NCBI GenBank assembly: GCA_003662305.1
Contig: QMXU01000001.1
Location: 1-24,000 of the forward strand
Length of the DNA stretch: 24,000 nt
DNA from: Candidatus Hecatellales archaeon
Lineage (GTDB): Archaea; Thermoproteota; Bathyarchaeia; Hecatellales; Hecatellaceae
Direction: 5' to 3'
Shown: positions 1 to 8,144 of the stretch, piece by piece
How positions within the stretch are numbered: position 1 is the stretch's first letter
Layout: every line of letters begins with the position of its first letter
Notes under the pieces: model-generated
Told to the model about the DNA's origin: nothing
Seen by the model: only the letters and a program-made list of their open reading frames with translations
The model's database searches: none
Translations under genes and position numbers: made by a program

Positions 1-601
1 CTTTGCCTCCGGTGAAGTCTGGAAGCTTCCTTTCAAGAGTTTTGCCCAGAAGCCTGTGGACTTTGACGGCTGCAGCGTAGGCTTCCCAGATTTTCTCAGC
101 CTTCTCAGGCAGGACGAGGAATTCCTGGATGTCAGGTGCACCCTTGCCAGCGTGTTTTCCTCCTCCTAAAACGTTTCCAAGAGGTAGGGGAACATGGATT
201 TCATCCAGCTTCGCCATGTGGAGAAATAAGGGTTTACCAAGGCTTTTCGACGCGGCTTCAGCTGCAGCCATGGAGACAGCATAAGCAGTGTTGCCTCCTA
301 TATTGGAGAAGCTTTCTGTTCCATCAGCTTCGCGAAGAACCCTGTCAACTTCCTCCTGGTTGGAGGAGTCAACTCCGAGGAGTTTAGGTTCTATGAGTTC
401 TCTGACCTTCTCCACTGCCTCCTCTACTCCTCTTGGAGGATAGTATTCAACTTCGTGCAGTCCACGGCTTTTACCAGCTGGAGCTGCTGCTATACCTGCT
501 CCTCCAAGCGTTTCAACGGTGACCTCTACGGTTTCCTCTCCACGGCTGTTGAAGATTCTTCTGGCCTTCACTCCCTGAATTATGGTTAAAGCTGAAGACA
601 A
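1..601 (-). CDS. eno: Enolase (phosphopyruvate hydratase), N-terminal ~200 codons; C-terminal part lies beyond the window start
   Basis: The reverse-strand translation reads LSSALTIIQGVKARRIFNSRGEETVEVTVETLGGAGIAAAPAGKSRGLHEV...GNTAYAVSMAAAEAASKSLGKPLF...LGNVLGGGKHAGKGAPDIQEFLVLP. These match enolase N-domain and early barrel motifs, with the APAG-type loop I recall from crenarchaeal-type enolases. It is absent from the ORF track because it runs off the window and has no ATG. TTG at 601 is the first possible start after the in-frame stop at 605-607, so the start is uncertain (GTG at 571 is an alternative). Confidence 0.8.
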   Translation of the reverse strand, partial: MSSALTIIQGVKARRIFNSRGEETVEVTVETLGGAGIAAAPAGKSRGLHEVEYYPPRGVEEAVEKVRELIEPKLLGVDSSNQEEVDRVLREADGTESFSNIGGNTAYAVSMAAAEAASKSLGKPLFLHMAKLDEIHVPLPLGNVLGGGKHAGKGAPDIQEFLVLPEKAEKIWEAYAAAVKVHRLLGKTLERKLPDFTGGK

Positions 602-668
602 CGTTCAGCACCGATTAAAAGTTTTAGGCGGAAACAGTAAATTAATGCTTCTCTTCTCCCTGAAAGGG

Positions 669-893
669 TTAAACAGCTTCCTCCCTGCCGAAAAACTTCG
701 AGTAGTCTAGGACCTCGTCTATGAGCTCCACGTGGGAGAGAAGCATCCTCCGGCAGCAGTAGCGGGTGACACCCAGGTCGTCTAAGACTTTGGCAGGGTC
801 TTCTCCGCTCTCAACCCTACGCTTGAAGTCCTCCCACTTGTCGCCTATAAGCGCACCGCACGTGAAACATCTTATCGGAACCATTAAAGCCAA
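669..893 (-). CDS. rpoN: DNA-directed RNA polymerase subunit N (Rpo10)
   Basis: [20 protein letters not shown]...[17 protein letters not shown] is the zinc-binding RpoN/Rpb10 signature. The track start at 893 is TTG. ATG at 884 ([10 protein letters not shown]) matches the usual N-terminus better. Confidence 0.92.
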   Translation of the reverse strand: MALMVPIRCFTCGALIGDKWEDFKRRVESGEDPAKVLDDLGVTRYCCRRMLLSHVELIDEVLDYSKFFGREEAV

Positions 894-974
894 AACGGTT
901 CCCCTACCCTCACCAAAGGAAAGCCAGCTAAGCTAAAGCCTACCAGCCTCCTATATACGCCTTACGCTTCAACC

Positions 975-1700
975 CTAAAAGAAGGTTTCACCGCTGAGGA
1001 ACCTGGCAGCCTCAGGATGAGTGGGACTGGAGAAAACACGTGAGGCTTCCCCCTCCTCCAGAAGCCTTCCACGGAAAAGTATGGCAAGCCTGTCAGCCAG
1101 CCTTCTCGCTTGGAAAAGGTTGTGGGTTGAAAGCACCAAGGTGGTTTCAGGTTTTATCCTGCTTATGAAGGCTTCAACAGCGGAGGCACTGGAAGGGTCT
1201 AGGTTGACTGTAGGTTCATCCAGTAATAGAACCTCTGGCTTGAGGGCGATGGCTCTGGCCAGGGATAGCTTCTGCTGCTCTCCCCCGGAGAGGCTTCTAG
1301 CCTTCCTATCCCTCAGATTTCCAATGCCAACTTTTTCCAGGGCCTCTAGGACACGTTCTTCTACCTCGGCTTTGGGTAGGCCTCTGATTTTAAGCCCGTA
1401 GGCTACGTTTTCATAGACGGTGGTGTTGAAGACTGTGGCACGCTGGAAGACCATGGTGACCTTCCTTCTGAGCTGCCGGCTTAAACCAGCGTTAACAGGG
1501 TTTCCCTTGTAGAGTATTCTGCCTGAGTCTGGGGAGAGCAGCCCGGCCATAAGCTTTAGGAGGGTTGTCTTGCCTGCTCCGTTAGGCCCTAAAACCACGA
1601 GAATCCTGTTCCTCCTCACCTGCAGGCTTACGTCTACTAGGGCTTTAACATCTCCGTAAGCCTTGCTGACTTCCTCCAGTTCTAATACGATGTCAGCCAT
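975..1700 (-). CDS. tupC: ABC transporter ATP-binding protein, tungstate/molybdate-type (TupC-like)
   Basis: Contains Walker A GPNGAGKTT, ABC signature LSGGEQQ and Walker B LLLDEP. It starts 2 nt after the stop of the upstream permease gene, in one operon with a TupA-like binding protein. Confidence 0.75.
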   Translation of the reverse strand: MADIVLELEEVSKAYGDVKALVDVSLQVRRNRILVVLGPNGAGKTTLLKLMAGLLSPDSGRILYKGNPVNAGLSRQLRRKVTMVFQRATVFNTTVYENVAYGLKIRGLPKAEVEERVLEALEKVGIGNLRDRKARSLSGGEQQKLSLARAIALKPEVLLLDEPTVNLDPSSASAVEAFISRIKPETTLVLSTHNLFQARRLADRLAILFRGRLLEEGEASRVFSSPTHPEAARFLSGETFF

Positions 1701-1702
1701 GG

Positions 1703-2374
1703 TCAGCCCAGCCTACGCTTGAACAGGTTCACAGCCAGGTTTAGGGCGAACACGATTAGGAGGAGGATCACCGTTAACGCGATGCCAAGCTCGATTTCTC
1801 CTCTAACGGTTTCCAAGGCTATGGCTGTGGTTAGAACCTGGGTTAAGCCTTTAATGTTTCCTCCAACCATCAACGCGATGCCAAGCTCGGCTACAGCCCT
1901 GTTGAAGCTGGCAGCTACGGCTAGCAGAATCCCGGTGGAGGCTTCTCTAACCACGGCTGCAGCCTCCTGAAGGTTGGAGGCTCCGAGGGTCCTGGCTAAA
2001 AGCCTCACATCGGGGTTCACAGCCTCTAGGGCGCTGGTGGTGAAGCTTACGATTAAAGGAGTTATCAGGACGGCTTGACCCAGCATTATGCCAACCGGAT
2101 TATAGAGGAGGTGCAAGGGTCCTAGCGGACCTGTCTTGGAAAAAAGCAAATACAAAATCAAGCCTAAAGCCACAGTCGGCATGCCTATCATCGCATTAAA
2201 GAAGCCTAGGAGAACAGGTTTGCCCCTGAAGCTTTTAAGCACTATGGCCAAGCTTAAAGGGATAGCGAAGGAGGCTGCCAGCAGGGTGGCTGAACCTGAA
2301 ACCCCAAGCGACCTTACGGTAACTGCCACCACTTCATGGTTTCCGGAAGCCAGCAGGTGGAAGGCTTCCCCCAA
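1703..2374 (-). CDS. tupB: ABC transporter permease, tungstate/molybdate-type (TupB-like)
   Basis: 223 aa and highly hydrophobic, with several predicted membrane helices. It lies between the binding-protein and ATPase genes on the same strand. Confidence 0.75.
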   Translation of the reverse strand: MGEAFHLLASGNHEVVAVTVRSLGVSGSATLLAASFAIPLSLAIVLKSFRGKPVLLGFFNAMIGMPTVALGLILYLLFSKTGPLGPLHLLYNPVGIMLGQAVLITPLIVSFTTSALEAVNPDVRLLARTLGASNLQEAAAVVREASTGILLAVAASFNRAVAELGIALMVGGNIKGLTQVLTTAIALETVRGEIELGIALTVILLLIVFALNLAVNLFKRRLG

Positions 2375-2394
2375 ACCTTCAAGTATCTCGTAGG

Positions 2395-3360
2395 TTATGG
2401 CTGAGCCCTCCTATACTGGGCCGGGCATTCCTCTCCTTCTAGGAAAGCATATTCCGCAATCCACTGGGCTACCTGCGAGCTTTTCTGCTCTTGAATCGTT
2501 TTCACAGCTGGGTTGAAGAGAGGCTGCCCATATTTTTCAACGCCGAATTGGGCTAGGAGCTTTTGACCTTTATCTGAGGTTAGGAAGCTTATGAGGGCCA
2601 TGGCTGCTTTAAAGTTCACTTCTTTAACTTTTCTAGGGTTCACAGCCATGATGCTGTAAACGTTTAGAAGCTCCTTGGACTCGCCTACGTGGACTTTTAA
2701 GGAGATCAGCCCGTCTCCATGGTATTTCAGGTATGTTCCAACGTCTGAAAGGGTGTAGGCGTTTTTCTCGTTGGCTAGGAGAAGGGTTTTACCCATTCCA
2801 GCTCCTGCCTCCAAGTACCATGCTTCCCCCCTAAGCCTTTCAGGGTTGAAGCCTGCCATTTTCCACAAGGCTTTCTCCTTGCTGTGGGTTCCAGACTCGT
2901 CTCCACGGGAAACCCATAAGGCTTTTCCAGCTCTTCCAGCTTCAACCATCTTGGTTAAAGCTTCTACAGCCTTCAAGCCGTTAATGCCGGCGGGATCTGA
3001 CTCCGGCCCAACTATCAGAAAGAAATTGTAGGCGATTATACGCCTGTTCACACCGTAGCCCTCCCTCATAAACTTGAACTCTTTAGGAGGCGCGTGAACG
3101 AGCACCGCATCAGCGTCCCCGCGGGAAGCATACTGCAGAGCTATGCCTGTCCCAGCTGAAATGAAAGCCACATCATAGCAGGGATAATCTTTTTCAAAGG
3201 CTTCTTCAACCAGGTCGAGCAGCCCTGTGTCGTAGAGGCTGGTGGTGGTTGCCACGGTAAGCCTCTCAACCTTGCTCTGCCCGGTTGCTTGAAAGTAAAG
3301 AACAGTGCCAAGAACCGCCAGCAGAATTATGGCTGCCGTTAGAAGAGCTTTGCCTTGCAT
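2395..3360 (-). CDS. tupA: Tungstate ABC transporter substrate-binding protein (TupA-like), N-terminal membrane anchor
   Basis: Has an N-terminal hydrophobic anchor (LLTAAIILLAVLGTVLY) followed by LTVATTTSLYDTGLLD. The TTTS motif is characteristic of TupA-family oxyanion-binding proteins. The periplasmic-binding-protein length fits. Confidence 0.72.
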   Translation of the reverse strand: MQGKALLTAAIILLAVLGTVLYFQATGQSKVERLTVATTTSLYDTGLLDLVEEAFEKDYPCYDVAFISAGTGIALQYASRGDADAVLVHAPPKEFKFMREGYGVNRRIIAYNFFLIVGPESDPAGINGLKAVEALTKMVEAGRAGKALWVSRGDESGTHSKEKALWKMAGFNPERLRGEAWYLEAGAGMGKTLLLANEKNAYTLSDVGTYLKYHGDGLISLKVHVGESKELLNVYSIMAVNPRKVKEVNFKAAMALISFLTSDKGQKLLAQFGVEKYGQPLFNPAVKTIQEQKSSQVAQWIAEYAFLEGEECPAQYRRAQP

Positions 3361-3402
3361 TTCAATTCGCCGATATGTACAGTTGAATATTTCGTTTAGG
3401 AA

Positions 3403-3414
3403 TTTTTATTTAAA
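3403..3414 (+). promoter_or_regulatory. TATA-box-like element TTTTTATTTAAA in the 75-bp divergent tupA / modE-like intergenic region
   Basis: The AT-rich box is centred ~27 nt upstream of the GTG start at 3436, which fits a leaderless archaeal transcript. A second AT-rich box (GAAATATTC on the minus strand, ~3385-3393) sits ~28 nt upstream of the tupA ATG at 3360. Confidence 0.45.
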
Positions 3415-3435
3415 GCTTTCCAGCCAAATAAGATA

Positions 3436-4011
3436 GTGAGGGACTCACGTTTGAGGAAGCGAACTTCAGACTTCAAAGTCTGGTTGGAGAAGGGTGGAAG
3501 CCATCTGCTGGGCGAAGGTGGTGTGACCATACTTGAGGCTGTGGATAAGCTTGGATCCATAAGCATGGCTGCAAAGAAGCTGAGAATGTCTTACAAGTAT
3601 GTTTGGGACTATATTGCAACCATCGAACGCAGCCTTGGCAAGCCCGTGGTGGAAACCTACCGCGGAGGAAAGAAGGGTGGAGGCGGAGCCAAGCTTACAG
3701 ATACTGGAAAACAAATTTTAGCAGAGTTTAAGAGGGTTGAAAGCAGGCTTGCCAGAGCCCTAGAAGAAACTGTCTACCGAGGTGTTGAAGACTTGGGGCT
3801 AAGCGTGAGGAACAGGCTTAAAGGAAAAATTGAAAGCTTGAAGGTGGAGGGACCTCTGGCTGAGGTTAAAATTAAACTTGAAACTCCAGCCCTAGTCAAG
3901 GCTATTCTAACCCGTGAAGCCGTGGAAGAGCTTAAACTTAGGAAGGGAGATAGGGTTGAAGCCCTAGTCAAGGCTACAAGCGTTATGGTAGCAAAGAAAG
4001 GGCGCAGATGA
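3436..4011 (+). CDS. ModE-family molybdate/tungstate-responsive transcriptional regulator (N-terminal wHTH plus one C-terminal Mop/TOBE domain)
   Basis: The N-terminal part LEAVDKLGSISMAAKKLRMSYKYVWDYI...RGGKKGGGGAKLTDTG matches the ModE N-domain pattern. The C-terminal part SVRNRLKGKIESLKVEGPLAEVKIKL...GDRVEALVKATSVMV is a TOBE/Mop oxyanion-binding fold. It is divergent from the tup operon. Confidence 0.8.
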   Translation: MRDSRLRKRTSDFKVWLEKGGSHLLGEGGVTILEAVDKLGSISMAAKKLRMSYKYVWDYIATIERSLGKPVVETYRGGKKGGGGAKLTDTGKQILAEFKRVESRLARALEETVYRGVEDLGLSVRNRLKGKIESLKVEGPLAEVKIKLETPALVKAILTREAVEELKLRKGDRVEALVKATSVMVAKKGRR

Positions 4012-4015
4012 GATT

Positions 4016-4426
4016 TTACCTGTAAGACTTCTGTCTGCGCCTGCGGGCTCCAGGCCCTCCGAACTTCTTCATTTCCTTTCTCCGCTCGTCTCCTACGAGC
4101 ATTGACCTGTCGTAGGAGAGAAGGAGCTTCTTGAGTTTGCTGCTTTTAAACCAGCGGGTTAGGCCTCGTGCTATGCTCATCCTCACGGCTTCAGCCTGCC
4201 CCATGAAGCCTCCTCCCTTAACGTTAACGTCGATGTCAAGCTGCTTCCAGAGGTTTCCGCTGAGCATGAGGGGCTCCATAATCTTCTGCCTGGCCAGTTC
4301 AGGCTGGTAGACTTCTAGGGGTATCCGGTTGATTCTCACGTTTCCCATTCCGGGGCGTATAACAGCCCTCGCAACAGCGGTCTTACGTTTGCCGATACTT
4401 ATTATCGGAAGCTTCTTACCCGTCAA
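4016..4426 (-). CDS. rps9: 30S ribosomal protein S9 (uS9)
   Basis: [27 protein letters not shown]...[19 protein letters not shown]...RRRRQKSYR are typical uS9 motifs, including the C-terminal basic tail. Confidence 0.93.
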   Translation of the reverse strand: MTGKKLPIISIGKRKTAVARAVIRPGMGNVRINRIPLEVYQPELARQKIMEPLMLSGNLWKQLDIDVNVKGGGFMGQAEAVRMSIARGLTRWFKSSKLKKLLLSYDRSMLVGDERRKEMKKFGGPGARRRRQKSYR

Positions 4427-4872
4427 GCTTTCTTCCTCCAGCCGAGCTCTTCACAGACTTCTCCCAGAGAAACGTAGCCGTGCCTCAGCTTTTCAGCTGA
4501 AGCCTCTGGGAGTTTTTCAAAGCTCACATCTGAAAGGGTTTCTGGGACACCCTCATAAACTTTAAGCCTTCTAAAGGCTTCACGGCCTCTAGGCTTATCC
4601 CTTGGAAGCATACCCCAGACCATATCGCGGAGGAAGCTTCTCGGGCTGTGCGGATGCTTCGGCCCGCGGGCGGGGTTCGCCCTGCCTACAACCTCCCAGA
4701 ACTCTTTAACTTCTTTAACCCTGCTTTTACGTCTGCCTGAGAGCACAGCCTTTTCAGCGTTTACCACCACGATTTCCTCTCCTCGAAGCAGCCGTTTGGC
4801 TACGAGGCTTGCAAGCCTTCCAGCTATCATGCCGCTGGCATCCACCACCGTGAAGCCTTCAGGAGCCTTCAA
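4423..4872 (-). CDS. rpl13: 50S ribosomal protein L13 (uL13)
   Basis: [38 protein letters not shown] is the uL13 N-terminal signature. There is a 4-nt overlap with rps9. Confidence 0.92.
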   Translation of the reverse strand: MKAPEGFTVVDASGMIAGRLASLVAKRLLRGEEIVVVNAEKAVLSGRRKSRVKEVKEFWEVVGRANPARGPKHPHSPRSFLRDMVWGMLPRDKPRGREAFRRLKVYEGVPETLSDVSFEKLPEASAEKLRHGYVSLGEVCEELGWRKKA

Positions 4873-4878
4873 GCCTTT

Positions 4879-5238
4879 TCACCCTAAAATCTTAACGTTG
4901 CTGCCTTTAGGGTTTGCTGAGGCAAGCTGTTCCAGGCTTAGACACTTTCCTCCGGCTGCCTCAATTTTTTCTTTGGCTTTAGCTGAGAAGGAGAAGGCTG
5001 CCACGGTTACAGGATGGTCTAGGAATCCGGCGCCCAATGCTTTCCCGGGGATTACTGCTACGTCGCCAGGCTTGGTATACCTGTTTATCCTGCTCAGGTT
5101 TACTGCGTGTCTTCCCCTTACGGGTTTCTCAAGCATCTCAGCGATTCTCCTCCAAACCTTCGCCTTGTTCTCTCTCGCCAGCTTCCTCAGAAGCCTTACG
5201 GTTCTGGCTCTTTCAGGGTTGGTGTACTTAGCCTTCAA
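4879..5238 (-). CDS. rpl18e: 50S ribosomal protein L18e (eL18)
   Basis: NPERARTVRLLRKLARENKAKVWRRIAEML...VNLSRINRYTKPGDVAVIPGKALGAG is an eL18 pattern. The position between rpoD and rpl13 matches the conserved archaeal cluster. Confidence 0.9.
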   Translation of the reverse strand: MKAKYTNPERARTVRLLRKLARENKAKVWRRIAEMLEKPVRGRHAVNLSRINRYTKPGDVAVIPGKALGAGFLDHPVTVAAFSFSAKAKEKIEAAGGKCLSLEQLASANPKGSNVKILG

Positions 5239-6056
5239 GCCTCAACCACGCCTACCGCTTTAACTTTATCTTCAAACTCTGAAATTTTCCTTTCAAGAAT
5301 TTTCACGGCTTCAAGAATTATCCGGGAAACAGGGAGGCACCCCGTGGATTCCACTAGGAATATCAGCGAGGTGTTGTCTCCTGAAACTGTTATGGCAGGG
5401 TTGCTCAGGGGGCATGCCTTAACGCACTCCATGCAGAGGGTGCACTCGAGAAGCTTTACGACCTTAACCTTCCCAGCTTTAAGCTCTAGAACAGCTTTCG
5501 GACAGGCTTCCACGCATTTACCGCACCCATCACAGGTTTTGGCGTTTATTTTGATGACGGGCATATACTTGTAGGCGCTTACGGAGACAGGCTGCCATTT
5601 GGCATGCTGCTTTCCCCTTCCAAGCCTGGCGTACACTTCAAGCTTAAGCTTCTGCCCTGCTTCAAGCTTAACCAAGGGAATCCTGTCTGAAACCGGCTTA
5701 ATGTTAGGGTCTTCGAACTTGAGGTCTCCGGAGTAAACGGTCGTACGCTCTTTAGCCTCAACGTCGAGGACGGCTAAAGCCCTGCACTTCGCACATCCAA
5801 GGTCGCTTTTACAGTCGCACTCATCCATTGGTACATAGGCGTCCAAGTCCGTTTTTAGGGGGATAAGCCCCAGGCGGCTGGCGATAACCTCATCGTTTAA
5901 CACCGAAGTGTTCTCGTAGACGAATACCTCCTCTACAGCCATGGATGGAACCTCGCTTATCATGATTCTCCGCAGGGCGTTGGCGAAGGCTACGGTGACC
6001 CCTGAAAGGATGAAGCGTGCACGCTTCTCGTCAAGCTCTAAAATTTCAATTTTCAC
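5235..6056 (-). CDS. rpoD: DNA-directed RNA polymerase subunit D (Rpo3) with ferredoxin-like domain carrying two CX2CX2CX3CP motifs
   Basis: The N-terminus FILSGVTVAFANALRRIMISEVPSMAVEEVFVYENTSVLNDEVIASRLGLIPL is the Rpo3/RpoD alpha-like motif. The internal CDGCGKCVEACP and CTLCMECVKACP are 4Fe-4S-type motifs. Confidence 0.93.
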   Translation of the reverse strand: MKIEILELDEKRARFILSGVTVAFANALRRIMISEVPSMAVEEVFVYENTSVLNDEVIASRLGLIPLKTDLDAYVPMDECDCKSDLGCAKCRALAVLDVEAKERTTVYSGDLKFEDPNIKPVSDRIPLVKLEAGQKLKLEVYARLGRGKQHAKWQPVSVSAYKYMPVIKINAKTCDGCGKCVEACPKAVLELKAGKVKVVKLLECTLCMECVKACPLSNPAITVSGDNTSLIFLVESTGCLPVSRIILEAVKILERKISEFEDKVKAVGVVEA

Positions 6057-6057
6057 T

Positions 6058-6471
6058 TTAGACTCTCCTCCCCCTTCTCCCCCCAGGCCTGCGTGTGCTG
6101 TCGTGGGGGATAGGGGTTACATCTTCTATTCTGCCTATCCTGAGGCCTGAGCGGGCTAAAGCTCTGATGGCAGGCTGGGCTCCCGGGCCTGGAGTCTTAT
6201 GAAAGTGCCCTCCTGGAGCTCTAACCTTGATGTGAACCCCTGTTATGCCTTTGTCCTTTGCTATTTGAGCTGCCCTGCCAGCTGCCTGCATGGCTGCGTA
6301 GGGTGAAGGCTCAAGCCTGTCAGCCTTAACGAACATTCCCCCGGAGCAGAAGGCTACGGTTTCAGCGCCTGAGAGGTCTGTAATGTGCACTATCGTGTTG
6401 TTGAAGCTGCTGTAGATGTGGGCGATCCCCCATTTTTCTTTATGCTCTTTTCCGCTGCTCATAGGTTTCAC
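6058..6471 (-). CDS. rps11: 30S ribosomal protein S11 (uS11)
   Basis: [32 protein letters not shown]...[20 protein letters not shown] is a uS11 signature. Confidence 0.93.
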   Translation of the reverse strand: MKPMSSGKEHKEKWGIAHIYSSFNNTIVHITDLSGAETVAFCSGGMFVKADRLEPSPYAAMQAAGRAAQIAKDKGITGVHIKVRAPGGHFHKTPGPGAQPAIRALARSGLRIGRIEDVTPIPHDSTRRPGGRRGRRV

Positions 6472-6998
6472 CCTGAAGCCTGGGCAGCCTCAACCCTTAA
6501 GGGGTGCTCAGCGCTTTGAAGCGGGCTGTCAGGGCTGTAAGCTATCTGGCTTTCCTCCCCCTTTTTAACCATGTATCCCGGCGATGTTATCTTGGCGCCT
6601 CCAACAGTTATGTGCCCGTGGACTATAAGCTGCCTAGCCTGGTAAATGGTTTTGGCAAGCCCTATCCTGTAAACCTGAGTTTGAAGCCTACGCTCCAAGA
6701 AGTCTTCAACCCTCAGGTCTAGAACCTCGTCCACCGTGGCGTTTTCGCCTACGATTCCCATCCGCTGAAGCTTGCCCAGAAGCTCCTTTTCAACTTTAGC
6801 CCTACGCTCAACCGGCATGCCTAGGAGGCTTCTGGCGATGGTTCTATACCTGGTTAGGATGGCTTTAGCCCTCCAGAGCTCCCTCTTGTTTCTAAGCCCG
6901 TACTGGCCTAGTAGTTTAAGCTCGTCAGCCAGCACATCGGCTCTCCAAGGATGCCTGGGCGTCTCGTATTTTTTACGCTGCTTTTTAGGGTCTCCCAA
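6468..6998 (-). CDS. rps4: 30S ribosomal protein S4 (uS4)
   Basis: [18 protein letters not shown]...[12 protein letters not shown]...[25 protein letters not shown] is uS4 with its S4 RNA-binding domain. There is a 4-nt overlap with rps11. Confidence 0.93.
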   Translation of the reverse strand: MGDPKKQRKKYETPRHPWRADVLADELKLLGQYGLRNKRELWRAKAILTRYRTIARSLLGMPVERRAKVEKELLGKLQRMGIVGENATVDEVLDLRVEDFLERRLQTQVYRIGLAKTIYQARQLIVHGHITVGGAKITSPGYMVKKGEESQIAYSPDSPLQSAEHPLRVEAAQASG

Positions 6999-7000
6999 GC

Positions 7001-7465
7001 TTACATCTTCCTCCTGCTTACGCCTACGGCTCTACCCTTTCTGCCGGTGGTCCTGGTTTTCTGGCCTCTGACCTTCAGCCCAAGCATATGTCTAACGCCT
7101 CTCCAGCACCGCAGGGACTTCAGGAATTCTATGTCAAGCTTCTGGCGTAGTTCTAGGTCGGCGCCGTAGAGGTGGAGGTCTCTTCCCGTTTCTAGGTCCT
7201 TCCTCCTGTCGTAGAGGAAGCCTGGTATGCCGTAGTTTTGAGGGTTAGCGATAACGTCCTCAAGCTTTTTAACATCCTCATCGGAGAGGAAGCCCACCTT
7301 CAGGTCTGGGTTAAGGTTTACAGCCAGAGCTGCAGCCCTAGCGAAATTCAGTCCAACACCTTTAATCTTAGCCAGACCGTAAGCTAACTTCTTCGACCCG
7401 TCTATATCTGTGCCGCAAATACGCACAATATGCCTGAAGCCTTCAGACAAACCCCCATCCACCAT
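7001..7465 (-). CDS. rps13: 30S ribosomal protein S13 (uS13)
   Basis: FRHIVRICGTDIDGSKKLAYGLAKIKGVGLNFARA...RGQKTRTTGRKGRAVGV is a uS13 signature. It is the first gene of the cluster. Confidence 0.93.
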   Translation of the reverse strand: MVDGGLSEGFRHIVRICGTDIDGSKKLAYGLAKIKGVGLNFARAAALAVNLNPDLKVGFLSDEDVKKLEDVIANPQNYGIPGFLYDRRKDLETGRDLHLYGADLELRQKLDIEFLKSLRCWRGVRHMLGLKVRGQKTRTTGRKGRAVGVSRRKM

Positions 7466-7490
7466 GTAAGCATAAAAAACCTAACCAAAA

Positions 7491-7498
7491 TATATAAA
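7491..7498 (-). promoter_or_regulatory. TATA box (TTTATATA on the minus strand) for the rps13-led ribosomal-protein / RNAP operon
   Basis: It is centred ~29 nt upstream of the rps13 ATG (7465), which fits a leaderless or near-leaderless archaeal transcript. Confidence 0.5.
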
Positions 7499-7625
7499 CG
7501 TAAATATACAAAAGTGTTGAATTAACAAGGAAAACAACAGTGAGCTATAAGGACTCTACAAAAGTTGAAATTCATGAGTAACTTCTCGAAAGCTAATCGT
7601 TACCCACCTTTCTTTATTGCCGTTA

Positions 7626-7973
7626 TCATTTAAACGGAATGAAGTCTTGAAGTTTTCCTTCCGTGAAGCTTCTCTTAAAGAAATCCCTAAACATTTCTGA
7701 TAAAGTCTTAGATTCTGTATCGAAAGCTATGCCCACATATTTTGATTCACCTACTTTTAGGTTCTTCCAGAAGGAGTCTTCAGCTTCAAGGTTTATAGGC
7801 AATAATATCCCTCCTCTGAAAATCAGAATTAACCTGTCATTCTTCCGCTTATAAGCGAAGCCTTTAATTATTCCATAATTTTCCTCGAGCCGCTTAAACT
7901 CCATTATTCCACTGTATTCCTCAAGCCTCTCCTCTTCGCTTTTCTCCCTCTCTTTCTCCAAAAATTCAAGCAA
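7626..7973 (-). CDS. Hypothetical protein (orphan, AT-rich, acidic N-terminus); no family recognised
   Basis: This is the only long ORF in a visibly AT-rich stretch. The track start is TTG at 7973, and an internal ATG (MEFKRLEENYG...) would give 92 aa. No motif was recognised, so coding status is itself uncertain. Confidence 0.4.
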   Translation of the reverse strand: MLEFLEKEREKSEEERLEEYSGIMEFKRLEENYGIIKGFAYKRKNDRLILIFRGGILLPINLEAEDSFWKNLKVGESKYVGIAFDTESKTLSEMFRDFFKRSFTEGKLQDFIPFK

Positions 7974-8144
7974 ATTTTTCCTTATCCATACTTATAATCA
8001 CAAAATAAAGGTAAACCTTCTGCGCTATCAACGTTTCGCCTTAACCTGAATAGCCCTAAAAGAAGGCCTTTTAACTTAAAGGAGGGACATGTAATAAATG
8101 AAAAATAAGCTCAGAAACAAAACATTTTTAAGCAAGTAGCTTAG

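Noticed and set aside
136-387. 83-aa plus-strand ORF at the left end.
   Set aside because: It is antisense to a clear enolase reading frame and has no motif.
1021-3031. Plus-strand ORFs 1021-1401, 1719-1970, 2136-2393 and 2771-3031.
   Set aside because: All are antisense shadows of the tupC, tupB and tupA genes.
3361-3400. Possible ModE-type operator in the tupA / regulator spacer (TTCAA...TTGAA and the palindrome TGTACA).
   Set aside because: The inverted repeats are only 5-6 bp and do not resemble the E. coli ModE box. That is too weak to call without comparative data.
4796-5574. Two 155-aa plus-strand ORFs (4796-5263 and 5107-5574).
   Set aside because: They are antisense to rpl13, rpl18e and rpoD, whose identities are unambiguous. 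They are Ser/Leu/Pro-rich, as expected for shadows of this codon usage.
8081-8139. AGGAGGG followed by ATG-TAA, then a 13-codon mini-ORF (8098-8139, MKNKLRNKTFLSK).
   Set aside because: It is too short and compositionally trivial in AT-rich spacer DNA, and nothing supports it.
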